Shown one piece after another: positions 48,561 through 61,423 of a stretch of 64,000 nucleotides of DNA. The position numbers and the translations under genes were made by a program. Below the pieces are notes generated by a model. The model searched no databases, was not told where the DNA came from, and saw only the letters and a list, made by a program, of their open reading frames with translations. Source of the stretch: Eledone cirrhosa (taxonomy: Eukaryota); the NCBI GenBank assembly GCA_964016885.1, contig OZ024757.1, positions 17,546,001 to 17,610,000 on the forward strand. The letters are read 5' to 3'. The number at the start of each line of letters is the position of its first letter. The first letter of the stretch is position 1.

Positions 48561-48997
48561 GCGTACCGTTGTAGTTGTATGTAGATATTAACTCATCAAT
48601 CCCTGTCTTCCTTCGGGTGCAACGTTTATAAGTACTAATTTCATTATTATTATTATATCATTCTCTTGCTTTGCAGTATGTAGCAATGAATCATTGGACT
48701 ACAATTATTGCTGATGAAATCCACAGCAGCATAAAAACCTTATAAGTCGTGGAAAGATATTGGGAAAACGTACAGGAAATATAATTACATAGAAACGATT
48801 CGGAGACAGCAGTGCAATTTTATATAGAATTCCACAAAACTTTAAAATTGTAATTTTTCTCATAGAAATTCATTTTCCGGTCTGTGTCATGTCAGACTAA
48901 CGAAGTTGACTTTTTGGTCATAGATATTCCAGCGGTGACTATCTCATGTTGTTTAGTGTTTCTGGCATTTTATATCTAGAATTACATTTTGTAATAC

Positions 48998-51180
48998 TTA
49001 GCTAGGAGGGAAGCAGAGGATAGAAAATTCAAGCATGTTTTGCAACGTGAGGACCAGAAACAGGAGGTGTTCAAGATTGCGAGGCAGTGTGTCAGAGAGA
49101 ATTGTGATGTCATTGGAGAGAAGTGTATCCGGAATGATAAAGGTGAGCTTGCCCTCACAAGTGCTGAGAAGAAAGATGCATGGAAGAGTCATTATGATAG
49201 ATTACTAAATGAGGAGAATGCATGGGAAGTAGAGACCCTACCCCAAGTATACCCTATAGAGGGGCCAGCAGTACAAGTCAGCAGCAGCGTAGTAAGTAAG
49301 GCAATCAAAGATATGAAGATGGGGAAGGCAACCAGTCCATCGGGTATAGCTGCCGAGATGCTGAAGGCATCTGGGTCTGTAGGTCACAAGTATTGTTAAC
49401 CAGGTAATACTAGAAGGTGTCATACCAAAAAGATGGGTGCAGTAGCATCATTGTCAACTGCTACAAAGGTAAAGGTGATGCACTCGATAGAGGAAACTAT
49501 AGAGGTATAAAGCTGATGGACCAGGTCATGAAAGTAACAGAAAGAGTTATAGCACAGTTGATTAGGGACCGGGTGAAACTAGATGAGATGCAATTTGGGT
49601 TTGTACCAGGAAGAGGCACCACTGATGCCCTCTTCCTTGTGAGGCAGTTACAGGAAAAGTACCTAGCTAAAAGTAAGCCACTCTACCTGGCATTCGTCAA
49701 TCTCGAGAAAGCCTTTGACAGAGTTCCGTGTGCTGTAATCTGGTGGGCTCTTAGAAAACTAGGAGTAGATGAATGGCTTGTGAAAGCTGTACAAGCCATG
49801 TATAGGGGAGCACTCAGCAAAGTTAGGATTAGCAATGAGTATAGCGAGGAATTTAGCGTACAGGTTGAGGTCCACCAGGGCTCTGTTCTTAGCCCTCTCC
49901 TGTTCATCATAGTCCTGCAGGCAATAACGGAGGAGTTTAAGACCGGATGCCCATGGGAACTCCTGTATGCAGATGACTTCGCACTTATAGCTGAATCTAT
50001 GGTAGAACCAGAGAAGAAATTCCAAACGTGGAATCAGGGACTAGAAAGAAAGAGTCTCAAAGTCAACATGACAAAGACTAAGGTCCTTGTAAGTAGACGA
50101 GAAAACAGAACCCAGATCCCCTCAGGGAAATGGCCTTGCTCATTATGTAGGAACTCCATTCTCTGCCCCAAATGCAAACAATGGGTACACAAGAGATGTA
50201 GTGGGATCTCAGGAAGCTTAATTAAGAATGTAGGCTTCACATGCAGCAGCTGTACTGGGACAGCAAGCAGCAAACAGCCACAGGAAACAAGTACCACCAA
50301 TCTCTGGGAGGGCTCTGTAGAGACAGTAGACAGCTTCTGCTACCTAGGTTACCGAATTAGCAGCGGAGGTGGGTGTTCAGAAAGTACAATAACTAGGGTA
50401 AGAACGGGATGGAAGAAGTTCAGGGAACTACTACCACTGCTAGCTGCAAAAGCTTCTACCTCAAAATGAAAGGCAGACTGTATGATGTGTGTATACAAAC
50501 AGCAATGTTACATGGTAGTGAGACCTGGGCACTGAAGGTGGAAGACTTACGTAGTTTAGAGAGAAACGAAGCCTGCATGCTCCGATGGATGTGTAATAGT
50601 AATATACGCGAACGACAAAGCATAAATGAATTGAGAGAGAGACTGAGCATAAGAGGTATCAAATGGTGTGTGCAGGAGAGGCGGATGCGTTGGTATGGAC
50701 ATGTGATGCGTATGAAGGATGACAGCTGCATAAAAAGGTGCAGAGCACTAGAAGTCGATGTAAACCGCGGAGTGGGGAGACCCAAGATGAAGTGATAAAA
50801 GCCGACCTTACCCAATTACGCCTCTCAAAGGCAATGACACACGACCGTGACCTCTGGCGTCACGCAGTAATACAGAGTACAAGCTGAAGCATATAGACAA
50901 TATGCCCCCACACCCTCCCACTGCAAGGTGGCCGTGGAGGTGCCACGGCAAAAAAGCACCCAGCCCACACTGTAAAGTGGACGTGTAGGCGCCACGAAAA
51001 AGCACCCAGCACTCACTGTAAATGAGGTTGGTGTTAGGAAGGGCATCCAGCTGTAATCAAGCCAAATCAGTTCCTGTGGGCAAGGCATGGTCAACCGACC
51101 AGACACTGCCCACAACAGGACAACCCGTCTAACCCATGCTAGCGTGGAAGAACGGACATAAAATGGTGATGATGATGAAT
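48998..51180 (+). mobile_element. 5'-truncated RTE subfamily C with 3' UTR
   Basis: RT ORFs 49040-50795 with frameshifts; (GAT)n tail; AATAC on both sides; the site is empty in the paralogue near 1032. Confidence 0.9.
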
Positions 51181-51480
51181 ACATTAGTATTTAACAGAAT
51201 ATAGAGTAGAGTGTAAATTGAGGGAGATATAGCTGCTATGTTTATCAGTGAAATTCTACCACTTCGCTGGCACCATATGTACATGTTATTCAGTTGTGTA
51301 GCTGCTGTTCGCCCCATCTTCAATCTAAACTTCATAGCTGTATTTGTTTAACACTCGTTAAGAGACAAATGTAAACAAAATACGATGAGTTTTACAATTA
51401 CACCCATCTCGTTTGAGAGGTGAAATTTGTTTTTTGTCACTCACCACCCTGTCAAATCACACCACACTTGTCATAACTTC

Positions 51481-52229
51481 GCTTTTGAGGGAGTCGGGCT
51501 GCTGACTGCGAATTTCCTCTCTTTATTGGTGGCTCCCCTAATAGAGGTAACTGGCGAATCTTGCGAGGGCGCCTGGTTGTTCCAGCGCATCAGCCTCACC
51601 ATCACCTGAGGCAACGCTGCGAGTGTGCTGGCTTGCCTCAAAAATTATTATAGAGGTTGCCCTGTACTCCTTGCGACGCTGCAGTCTTTTGCTCTGGTGT
51701 TGGCTCGGTTGTTCACCCTGTACAGCCACCAGAAATGACATCTATGAAATAAACAACCCTTATGCCACCAGCGGCTAAACATCAAATGATTATTTTTGTA
51801 TAAATAGAGTGGTTCCAAATGCTTTCACCAGTCGACCTTTGGCAGAGTCAGCTAGCGTATCGTTCCTCTCCTCTGCCACACGCCTTCTACCTCTGTATGA
51901 AATAAATCGCTGAACGAAACTACATCTCTTGCCTACTCGCCCTTTCAACTTCTTCCTTACCGTATGCGATAACAGTCCTTTTAAGGGCTATTCTCAGATC
52001 CGATCAGAAGTAGTGACCAGACCCACTAACCACGTCACTACAACCCCTTCCTTTACAATTGAAACATATCCTTCTGAAAGAATCGTGAGCAATTTGTAAT
52101 GTTATCTATGTATATATTTAAAACATATTTGTTGTGTCATTCTACTCTAAATTTATTTATATGCTTTGTATATATCATGTGTGTTTATATTTTCACTCCC
52201 ATTTGTAACGTTATTTAATAAAATATAAA
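51481..52229. mobile_element. LTR-like insertion remnant
   Basis: Absent from the paralogue near 1350; the minus strand shows a purine tract GGAAGGGGT followed by TGTAGTGACG near 52042. Confidence 0.4.
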
Positions 52230-52389
52230 CATTTCCCTTCTATCGCTCCCACTGTTTGTTCATCTGTTGGGACAAGGACCAGAAACCTATCAAGCGTTGG
52301 TGCCATGAAAATTCACCTGGTACTCCCTTCAAGGTGGTTGGCAACAGGAAGGGCACTTATGAAATCCATGCTTAAAAAGGCGTTTTTAA

Positions 52390-54530
52390 CGTATCTGGCC
52401 TAATGGCTCCCTATCTCGACAGTAATACAGTAACATTATACCTTGAGATTGATGAGTCAAACCAACTGAACACAGAAAAAATAGAATGTATTAAGGAAGT
52501 GTTCACTGAGGGGCCTTATGCTGCTTTCACCAAACTAGGCAAAGTGCAATGTACAGGTGAGCAGGTGGATGCACTTGCAGCAGAAATATGGCAGTTGGCT
52601 ACGCTAACTGAGTTGACAGGAAAACCTTTGAAGGGCTGTGCAGATGCCGTTCGTGAACAGTTTCCCCAATGAGATTTCACTGAAGCTCCAACAGAAAAAT
52701 GACCATGTTAATGACCGAGTTAATCCCACACGCCCATGTAGTGACATGAGGCGATGAATGGAATGTTGCAGCGACAGAATCTCATGGCAGTCAACAGCAA
52801 TCAATCAGGGGAGAAGAGCCCCTGTGAACATTCAACAGCAGGCGCTCAGAGGCCAGTGCTTGAGGTGTGAGGGTCCACACATGGCAAGGGACTGCAGAGA
52901 CCGTAAGCCAGATATATTTTGTTGCCGATGCAAGTGTGCAGGCCACTTAGGAAGGTTGAGGTTAACCACCAGAGGCAATGGAGGGAGGAGTTGGACTGAA
53001 GCTGCAAAGAGACAAGATGGGCACACTGATATTTTGGAGAGGAAATGAAGTCCCAGAACTGGACAGATGAGAACTTTTCTCAATGTGTGGGAAATATCTA
53101 ATCGCAGGGTGGCTCTGAACAGCATGCAGCTATTTCAAGAGACGAGCAGAAGGGACAGTGGCCATGATGCGGGACATCATGGATGGGTAAAGGCAGATGA
53201 CCGAGTAATAGGAAGCTGATAGAGCGGAGAACAGGAGCTTATAGTGTGATGCCAGCAGCATAGCGTTAGGGGTTACTCTGGAAATAGGGGGTGTCGAGAT
53301 CGAGGACACAGCCTGGCTCAGGAAGAAGGAGGACTCTAATCACATCAACGCCCTGAGATGGAGGGGCTATGCACCATAGAGATTCGTACTGATCCAGCCA
53401 CTGTACTCGGATGGGTGAGATCAGTTCTCACAAATGAGAAGAGGGTGTGAATGAGAGGGGCGGCAGAAATGTTAATAAAGCGCCATCTGAGGACTGTGGG
53501 AGAGTTGGCTGCTGAGTTATACCTGAAGTTGCAAGTGGTCTTTGTAACCTTTGAGAAAAATAGAGTGGGCATCTTAACTAGGGTAAAGAACCCCCAGAGG
53601 ATGGGGAAAAAGCTAAGTGACTCGGTGTTGAGGAGCTTGCATACCATGCATCTTATGGGAGTGGATAGGACCTTATTCCTAGCCAGGAAAGTCGACTCCG
53701 ATGTTAGCAGACTGAATGTCCAGGAGTTGCAACAGATGCCAGTCTATTGACCCCACCCCAGGCATGCACCAGACAGGTAACATCCCAGTGGAGCACACCT
53801 GGAAACAATTGGCAGTGGATGTAACATACTAGCAACAAGGGACGTATCTGCAGACCAGGACAGATGGCAAATTGGAGGGATTAGAAAACAGGGACTGTGG
53901 AGGAAATCACACGGACGCTAAGAGATATTCTTGCAGCAGGGCCCTGTGGATGAACTGTTGTTGTTGATGTGTGGAATGTGAGCCACTTCTTCAGAGCAGC
54001 GTACAAGCTGAGAGGAAATGGTATTGTGGAGAGACACCATCGCACGATGAAGGCCATGGCAAACAGGGGGCACATTTCACCAATGGAGGTGGGTGTTTTG
54101 GTACAATATGTCACCTCAGGTGGAACAGGCCGAGGTGCCACATAAAGCGATGTATAGATACGAATGACAGCATCTGTGCATGTTATTACAACAACATGTG
54201 GAGGAGAGAGAGACTGCATTTGTACAAGTGGGCGAAGAAGTTTGGGTCAAGCCCCTGAATGCGCGTTGCACATCTCAATGGATGGAATGCCACTTTTGGG
54301 AATGACGGACTTTGACATGGACTAATATGGTGTGATAATTGATCCTTGAGTGCCAGAGGTATGGGGGTGACATCTTACTGGAAGCGAAGGATTAGTGACA
54401 TCACATCAGGATTCTAGCGCTGATTACGGCCTAATGCGGACATGAACAAGAGAGGCTCTGTAATTCTCAGTTGGACGTAAGTCATGTCGACATTCTGTCT
54501 GGGTTCAAGTAGTGACACAAGGTAAGTTTG
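52390..54530 (+). mobile_element. Decayed LTR retrotransposon, paralogue of 1530-3300
   Basis: Gag knuckle CLRCEGPHMARDC, MRGAAEMLIK, NGIVERHH; flanks shared with 1400-3360. Confidence 0.85.
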
Positions 54531-54709
54531 TTTCCCACTGCAGTTTTAAATATTACAGTATTTGAAACATGCATCCTAACATAATAGCTGTTAAATCTGA
54601 AAAATTTTATGACTAATAAATTATTGTTTTAACATTCAGTCATTCTTGTCCTTTTATTTTCCTTGTCTTAAATACATCTTTCTTATATCACCCACTAATA
54701 TTTTAAAAG

Positions 54710-54850
54710 GACATGGCTTAGTGGTTAGATCATTGGGCTTGCAATCGAAAGGTTGTCAATTCGATTCTCGGATCAGGTGATGTGTTGTGTCCTTGAGCAA
54801 GACACTTTATTTCACATTGTTCCAGTTTACTCAACTTTATGAATTAGTTG
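54710..54850 (+). mobile_element. 5' part of a tRNA-headed SINE (family of 15365)
   Basis: TGGCTTAGTGGTTAG..TTCGATTC..TTGAGCAAGACACTTTATTTCAC. Confidence 0.7.
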
Positions 54851-55326
54851 CGATCCTGCAAAAATCAATGGGTGGCAGTAGTTGCAGCTGCACGCATTGA
54901 AAGACTGGTGTAGTGGCTCTGAGAACAATGCGACTTTGCAGATGATCAATACAAATTGACAATGGAAAGGCACTCCCGCTCGAGTTAGAACAGAACTATT
55001 GACCTTCAGGAGAAGCAGTGATCCCTGATTGTATTCAGCTCCCAAAACAAATATGAAGTACACCAAATCCAATGCTCCTGGTTCTTCTTATTTGCGAGTG
55101 TTATCTCGGCCAGATTAGATATACAATACAGTCTTCAACACATATTTCTTATATCAAACACCAATATTTGGATCAATAGAATCTTATACAGCTTTTTTAA
55201 AAAAATGCATTACACAGTACAGTCTTAAACATATCTTTCTTATATCAGACACCAATATTTTAAAAGGACATTATTCAGTACATCGTTAAATATAGCTTTC
55301 TCATATCACTTACCAATATTTTAAAA

Positions 55327-56710
55327 GGGTACAAGCCATGTATAGGGGAGCAGTCAGCAAAGTTAGGATTAGCAATGAGTATAGCGAGGATTTTAGCGTA
55401 CAGGTCGGAGTCCACCAGGGCTCTGTTCTTAGCCCTCTCCTGTTCATCATAGTTCTGCAGGCAATAACGGAGGAGTTTAAGACCGGATGCCCATGGGAAC
55501 TCCTGTATGCACATGACCTCGCACTTATAGCTGAATCTATGGTAGAACTAGAGAAGAAATTCCAAACTTGGAAGCAGGGACTAGAAAGAAAGAGTCTCAA
55601 AGTCAACATGACAAAGACTAAGGTCCTTGTAAGTAGACGAGAAAACAGAACCCAGATCCCCTCAGGGAAATGGCCTTGCTCAGTATGTAGGAACTCCATT
55701 CTCTGCCCCAAATGCAAACAATGGGTACACAATAGATGTAGCGGGATCTCCGGCAGCTTAACTAAGAATGTAGGCTTCACATGTAGCGGGATCTCCGGCA
55801 GCTTAACTCAGAATGTAGGCTTCACATGTAGCGGGATCTCCGGCAGCTTAACTCAGAATGTAGGCTTCACATGTAGCGGTATCTCCGGCAGCTTAACTAA
55901 GAATGTAGGCTTCACATGTAGCGGGATCTCCGGCAGCTTAACTAAGAATGTAGGCTTCACATGTAGCGGGATCTCCGGAAGCTTAACTAAGAATGTAGGC
56001 TTCACATGTAGCAGCTGTGCTGGGACAGTACCACCAATGCTGGAGACAGTACCACCAATGCTGGAGACAAGTACCACCAATCTCTGGGAGGGCTCTGTAG
56101 AAACAGTAGACAGCTTCTGCTACCTAGGTGACCGAATTAGCAGTGGAGGTGGGTGTTCGGAAAGTACAATAACTAGGGTAAGAACAGGATGGAAGAAGTT
56201 CAGGGAGCCACTGCAAAAGGCTTTTCCCTCAAAATGAAAGGCAGACTGTATGATGCGTGTATACAAACAGCAATGTTACATGGTAGTGAGACCTGGGTGC
56301 TGAGTGTGGAAAACTTGCGTAGATTAGAAAGAAATGAAGCCTGCATGCTCCGATGGATGTGTAATACAAAATGCTGCTATACCCAATGACTGGCATAGCA
56401 GCATCATAGTCTACTGCTACAAGGGCCATAGAGATTCTCTAGTCAGAAAACTATAGAGGCATCAGTTGGTTAACCAGGTTGGTGTCCATCATGGCGCTGT
56501 TCTTAGTCCTCTCCTGGGTATAACAGAAGAGTTTAAAACTAGCTCCCCATGGGAACTTATGTATATGGTAGAATTACTGAAGAAATGAAAGGAAAACAGA
56601 TTTTCTCAGGGGAATGGCCTTGCTCAGTGTGCAGGAAGGGAGTTGATAGAAATTTATTGCTATGTTCCAAATGCAAAATATGTGTACACAAGAGATGTGG
56701 GATCTCTGGT
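55327..56710 (+). mobile_element. RTE-C internal fragment plus older RTE debris
   Basis: Near-identical to 49788-50600; YADD reads YAHD. Confidence 0.85.
55737..56012 (+). repeat. 45-bp tandem repeat x6, in frame (CSGISGSLTKNVGFT)
   Basis: Single copy in the sister element near 50197-50240. Confidence 0.95.
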
Positions 56711-57339
56711 AGCTGTTCAATGCCAGGTGCATTAAGTAGCAAGAGCTGTTGGGGTGCTATTCTATATGCTTTACTGTGTCTCCATCATGATATTTCAGCG
56801 AGCCTTAGAAATGTTTAACAGTGCCCATCTCCAAGTGTCCCATCCATTACTAAGTTTAGCATGCCACCATCTTGGAATTGTTGAGAACCAGTCTACCTGT
56901 CTTTCACTAACATATAGAACACTAATAAAAAATATCAATTTCATTGACTGTTTATGTATTATTCACTAAGTTTAGTATGCCACCATCTGGGTCTTGTTGA
57001 GAACCAGTCTACTTGTCCTTCACTAATAAAAATATCATATTTACATTTGTTAACATCTTCCACTTACTAATAAATGTCAAACGTCCTATTTTCCATGGGT
57101 TGTCCATGCCTTACTTTGCTCATATATATATGTGTGTGCACGTATAGTTGTCCATTGAAATTGTTGATCTTTTGGTGACTGTAGGGATAGGACAACGGAG
57201 AAGCAATTCTCAATCCATGCCTGCTTTCTCGCTTCCCTTGGTAGTGTCTCACCTTCATATAGCAGCTGAACTATTCATTGCTTTCTCCCCAAACCTGAAA
57301 AGCTTGCTGTTACTCTGCTTTAAATTAGTATTGGAATGC

Positions 57340-58860
57340 CAGGATAGTAACGGCTTCAGGGTATGGTTAACTTATAGGCTCTCCTAGGGCCAGATAAACC
57401 ATAGTCAATACCAGATTAGAGGGTGAATACTTACCATAGGGTCTCCTAAACCCTGGTCAATGCCCCAGCTTTATCCATGCGTACTTTACTTGGTAGTTCT
57501 AATAACAAGAAGCACCCCATGTACATTGGAAAATGCCCTGGCCTTGACCATGGTTTAGCTGATTGTAAAGGATCTTAGGAGAAGTATACGCCCTTAAACT
57601 GCTTATTTCAGCCATGACCATAGACGATCCTAAAAAACGAACAAGAAGCACCCCTGTACATTAGAAAATGCTGTTGTGGTCGGTTTTAGGAGATCAACAA
57701 AGTATTCAGCTAATATCTACCCTCCTCCAATAGTTCCTGCTCCTTAGCTTTAAAAGTTATGATCTTCCAATTTTTATGGTCTCAGAATATGCAATCTTTG
57801 TGCATCCATCTCATGCTGCACAGAACAGGTCCATCACCAGTTTTACAGCATTAGATGGAGACTGCAATACATTTTTAGAAGAGACCTGAACATGTCCTTT
57901 GTTAACCCATATGAAGGCAGTATAACTGCCTTTGTTGTGTCTACCCATATTGCAGCTTTTCAGTGCTCTTATTTGAGCCATTCACCAATCTTCCACTTAT
58001 TCCTGAAAGGGCGATGGGGGATATATTTCTGAAACACCCCTTCCAGTGGGTACTGTCAGAAGCAACATGGATGTTATTCAACATCTTATTTGTGGTCTCC
58101 TACTGGTGGGAATATTTAGTGGCAAGTGTCAATCCATGCCTCCTTTCTCGATACTGTCTCACCTTAATCTCTTTGTGATAGCAAGTGAATTGTTCATGGT
58201 GAAATAAGCAGTTTAAGGACGTATACTAATCATACGTTCTCCTACGGCCAGTTAAATCATGGTCAATGCCTGCAAAGCAGGCGAAATACGTACTTTCAGG
58301 GCGTAAACTTCTGGTAGGAACGTCTTCTAAACCATAGACAGTGTCTCCTTAGAGGGCGAAAGGCGTAAACTTTTCTACGGGCAGCTAAACCATGGTCAAT
58401 GCCAGATTAGATGGTGAAAAAAGCAGTTGCCACTTAAACCCTTGTAACACAAGCTTAACGGGCGAAAGAAGTAGCTTTAGGGCATATGTTAGAGGGTACA
58501 CTTCCCATAGTATATCCCCTGGCAACCTAAACCCTGGTAAATGGCCGGCGTATACGTCCCATAGGATTTCGTGCGGCAAGATTAACCTTGGTCAATGTCA
58601 GATTAGAGGGTTAAAGTAACGGCGTATACAGCCCATAGGATCTCTTACGGCCAGCTAAGCCATGGTCTATGTCAGCTAAACCATACTCACTGGGCGAAAG
58701 GAGCATTGTAAAGACGTAAACTTCTCGTAGGATCCGCTAAACCATGGCAGGTGATTGAAGCATTAAAGTAATGGATCTCCTATAAGCTGTTTTAGGGCGA
58801 AAGAAGCAGTGTTAGAGCGTATACGACCAATAGGGTGTCCTACGGTCAACTAAAAGCTGG
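57340..58860. repeat. Degenerate satellite-like array
   Basis: Recurrent AAACCATGGTCAATGCCAGATTAGAGGG, GGGCGAAAGAAGCAG and GGCGTATAC..CCCATAGG variants. Confidence 0.6.
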
Positions 58861-59574
58861 TCAGAAGCACATCATTAATGTAGCTGGACTGTCGTCTATA
58901 CGGAGGTAAGTGTATATACATTAAAAAAAAATAATATAAACGAAATGAATGGAGGTAATTCGTACGGAATACAGATTTTCATAAAATTATTAGTGCAAGA
59001 CAATAATTTAATGTAAAAGAGAAAGTCAGAGATCGAATCCCGCATCGTCACACTACCACCAATGCACTAATAATTTTGTTGTAAAAAATAGTTACTCCGA
59101 ATTACCTCCCTTCGTTTCGTTTATATTTTTTTTTAAACAAAAAATGGCGAAAGTAGCTATAAGTATACTTAATTTGCTTAGTAGAATTGCGGCCTTCGCG
59201 GTGGCGTGCGAACTGCGTCTCTGACTGCCAGTCTCCCTATCTGGCGTTCGATTCGTAGTGGCGTACGACTGCATAGGCCTGGGACTATTCGGGGCCGGCA
59301 CATAGATGCAAGGCCCGTCCCTGACCACCGTGAAGAATTCTTTTTCAAAATTTCAATAATATGCAAATGAGTTTGAAGTTCATTTACATATTAGAAGAAT
59401 TATATTAGAAAGAATCTTAATATATATAGAGAATCTTGAATCTTAATTACACTCTTGAAGCTTCATTTACATATCTAATTTGCTCATTTGCATATTAGAA
59501 GAAATTTTTTAGAAATATATTAGTGAGAATCTTAATTACATTTTTGAAGACATTTTAAGAAGAACCTTGGAGGT

Positions 59575-59880
59575 TAATTACATTCTTGGAAGACAGTTGG
59601 ATTTGAACCTTCTTAACTTAGTTTCTATATAAAGAGACTGTTTAGATTCTTAGAACCCACAATTTTAATTACATTCTTGAAAGACAGTTGGATTCGAACC
59701 TTCTTAACTTAGATTCTTAGAACCCACAATTTCACTTACATTCTTGAAAGACAGTTGGATTTGAACCTTCAACTTAGTTTCTATATAAAGAGACTGTTTA
59801 GATTCTTAGAACCCACAATTTTAATTACATTCTTGAAAGACAGTTGGATTCGAACCTTCTTAACTTATATTCTTAGAACC
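59575..59880. repeat. Tandem repeat, 4 units alternating long and short
   Basis: TTACATTCTTGAAAGACAGTTGGATTCGAACCTTCTTAACTTAG repeated. Confidence 0.85.
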
Positions 59881-61423
59881 CTTGAATAGTAAAAATGTCA
59901 TTACACTTTAGACACTCCAGCTACATTCTTAGTTTCTCTATTATTACACTTTACTTACATTCTTAATACACTTCTTCATTTACATTTTTTACTATTCAAG
60001 GGAGATAACTCTAGTATTTTGAAAGAAAGAGTTACCTCCCCTTATTCAAGGGAGACAACTCCGTAGTATTTGAATGGAAGAGTTACCTCCCTTGAATAGT
60101 AAAAATTTATTCGGAATATAATTTGTTTCTTTCCTAAATTTCGTTAAGGGTTAAGGCTGGCGAACCTTTTATTGTCAAAATAAACTGAACACAATTCGTA
60201 TATAATACGTAAACATTTCTTTATTAACAGATTAACTGAACACAATTCGTATGTATATAATACGTAAACAATTCTTTATTGACAGATAGTTCGACTTGTA
60301 AATACTCTCACTCGTTACGGCAAACGCCACAGCATAATGTCCGAGAACGCTGAAATGCAAAGTGTTTATGTGAAGTCGGGCTTTACAACGATTTTGTGTT
60401 GTTCTTGAGATATTTTATTCCAAATCACTAAGAAGTCCTTCGGAAGGTGGGTCCCCAGCGACTGACTGCAAAGAGACAGTTCTCCAAAACGAATTTACAA
60501 CAAAACACCAGTACAAATATGGAAATGAAGAAAATGTTTCAATAAAACTGTTCAATATAAAATAAAACTTTACTTTACCTGCGTAAAATAGTAAAATCCA
60601 AGTTTTTAACGTTTTTTTTTTATTCAGGTTAAAAAACATGAAGTTGATCCAGCAGCCATTTTATTTTTTTTAAACAGAGTTACCTAAAGCGCATGTGCAA
60701 AGTCGGGCGTTACAATCGTGAAGGTGTGAGTTCGATTCTCACACCGGGCTTTGTGTTGTGTTCGTGAGACACTTTATTCCAAATCACTAAGCTGTAGGAA
60801 TGAGTTTAAATTTGTACCCAGAGAACAAAAACTGAAGCTGCAATACTTCATTGTGAATGACAGAAATAGAGAAGGCAGGGCCTTAAAAATGTGAGGGACA
60901 AACCAACATTCGTTGATTCTTAAAGGAGCATGTTAGTATTGCTTAGAAGGTATGTCTAGTGAAGAACGTTTATGTAGCTTGAAAGAAAGGTTTCTTCCTG
61001 TAGAGAGATGGTAAAATGTATTTTTGTGTCACAAGAATATCTGCGAGTGTTGACAAGTATTTTATCTTAAAAGAAAGCATGCCTTGTGTGGGTGAAGAAA
61101 GCCACAGTAAATGTAGCTGAGAAGGTTTAATTTAGAAGAAAAAAATATATACAGTGAAGAACATTTATATATGTATTCTAAAAGTGGGGTAAGACGGATT
61201 CCTCGCGCGGCCCAGCATGTAGCCGCGGTCCAGCGCAACGATTCGATCTTCAGACACATAGAATGGTCACGCCAAACATAAGTAGTGAAAAAGTCCGAGC
61301 CGCTACGCGCATTGCCACAATTCTACTAAGTAAATTTGTCATATCTATAGGTAAAATTTTATTTATTTAAAAAAATATATATAGAAACGGAAAGAAAGCG
61401 AGATAACACGTAATATTCCGTTT

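Noticed and set aside
48705-48765. Additional hammerhead candidates (also ~34270-34340, ~35245-35285, ~37345)
   Set aside because: Core boxes incomplete or stems cannot be closed; may be decayed copies but not supportable.
51971-51991. Histone 3' stem-loop-like AGTCCT-TTTA-AGGGCT
   Set aside because: The first pair is not G-C, there is no histone ORF upstream, and it lies in an LTR-like insert.
55737-56012. CRISPR-like array (also 59575-59880 and the 84-bp ZNF repeats)
   Set aside because: No unique spacers, no cas genes, eukaryotic context.
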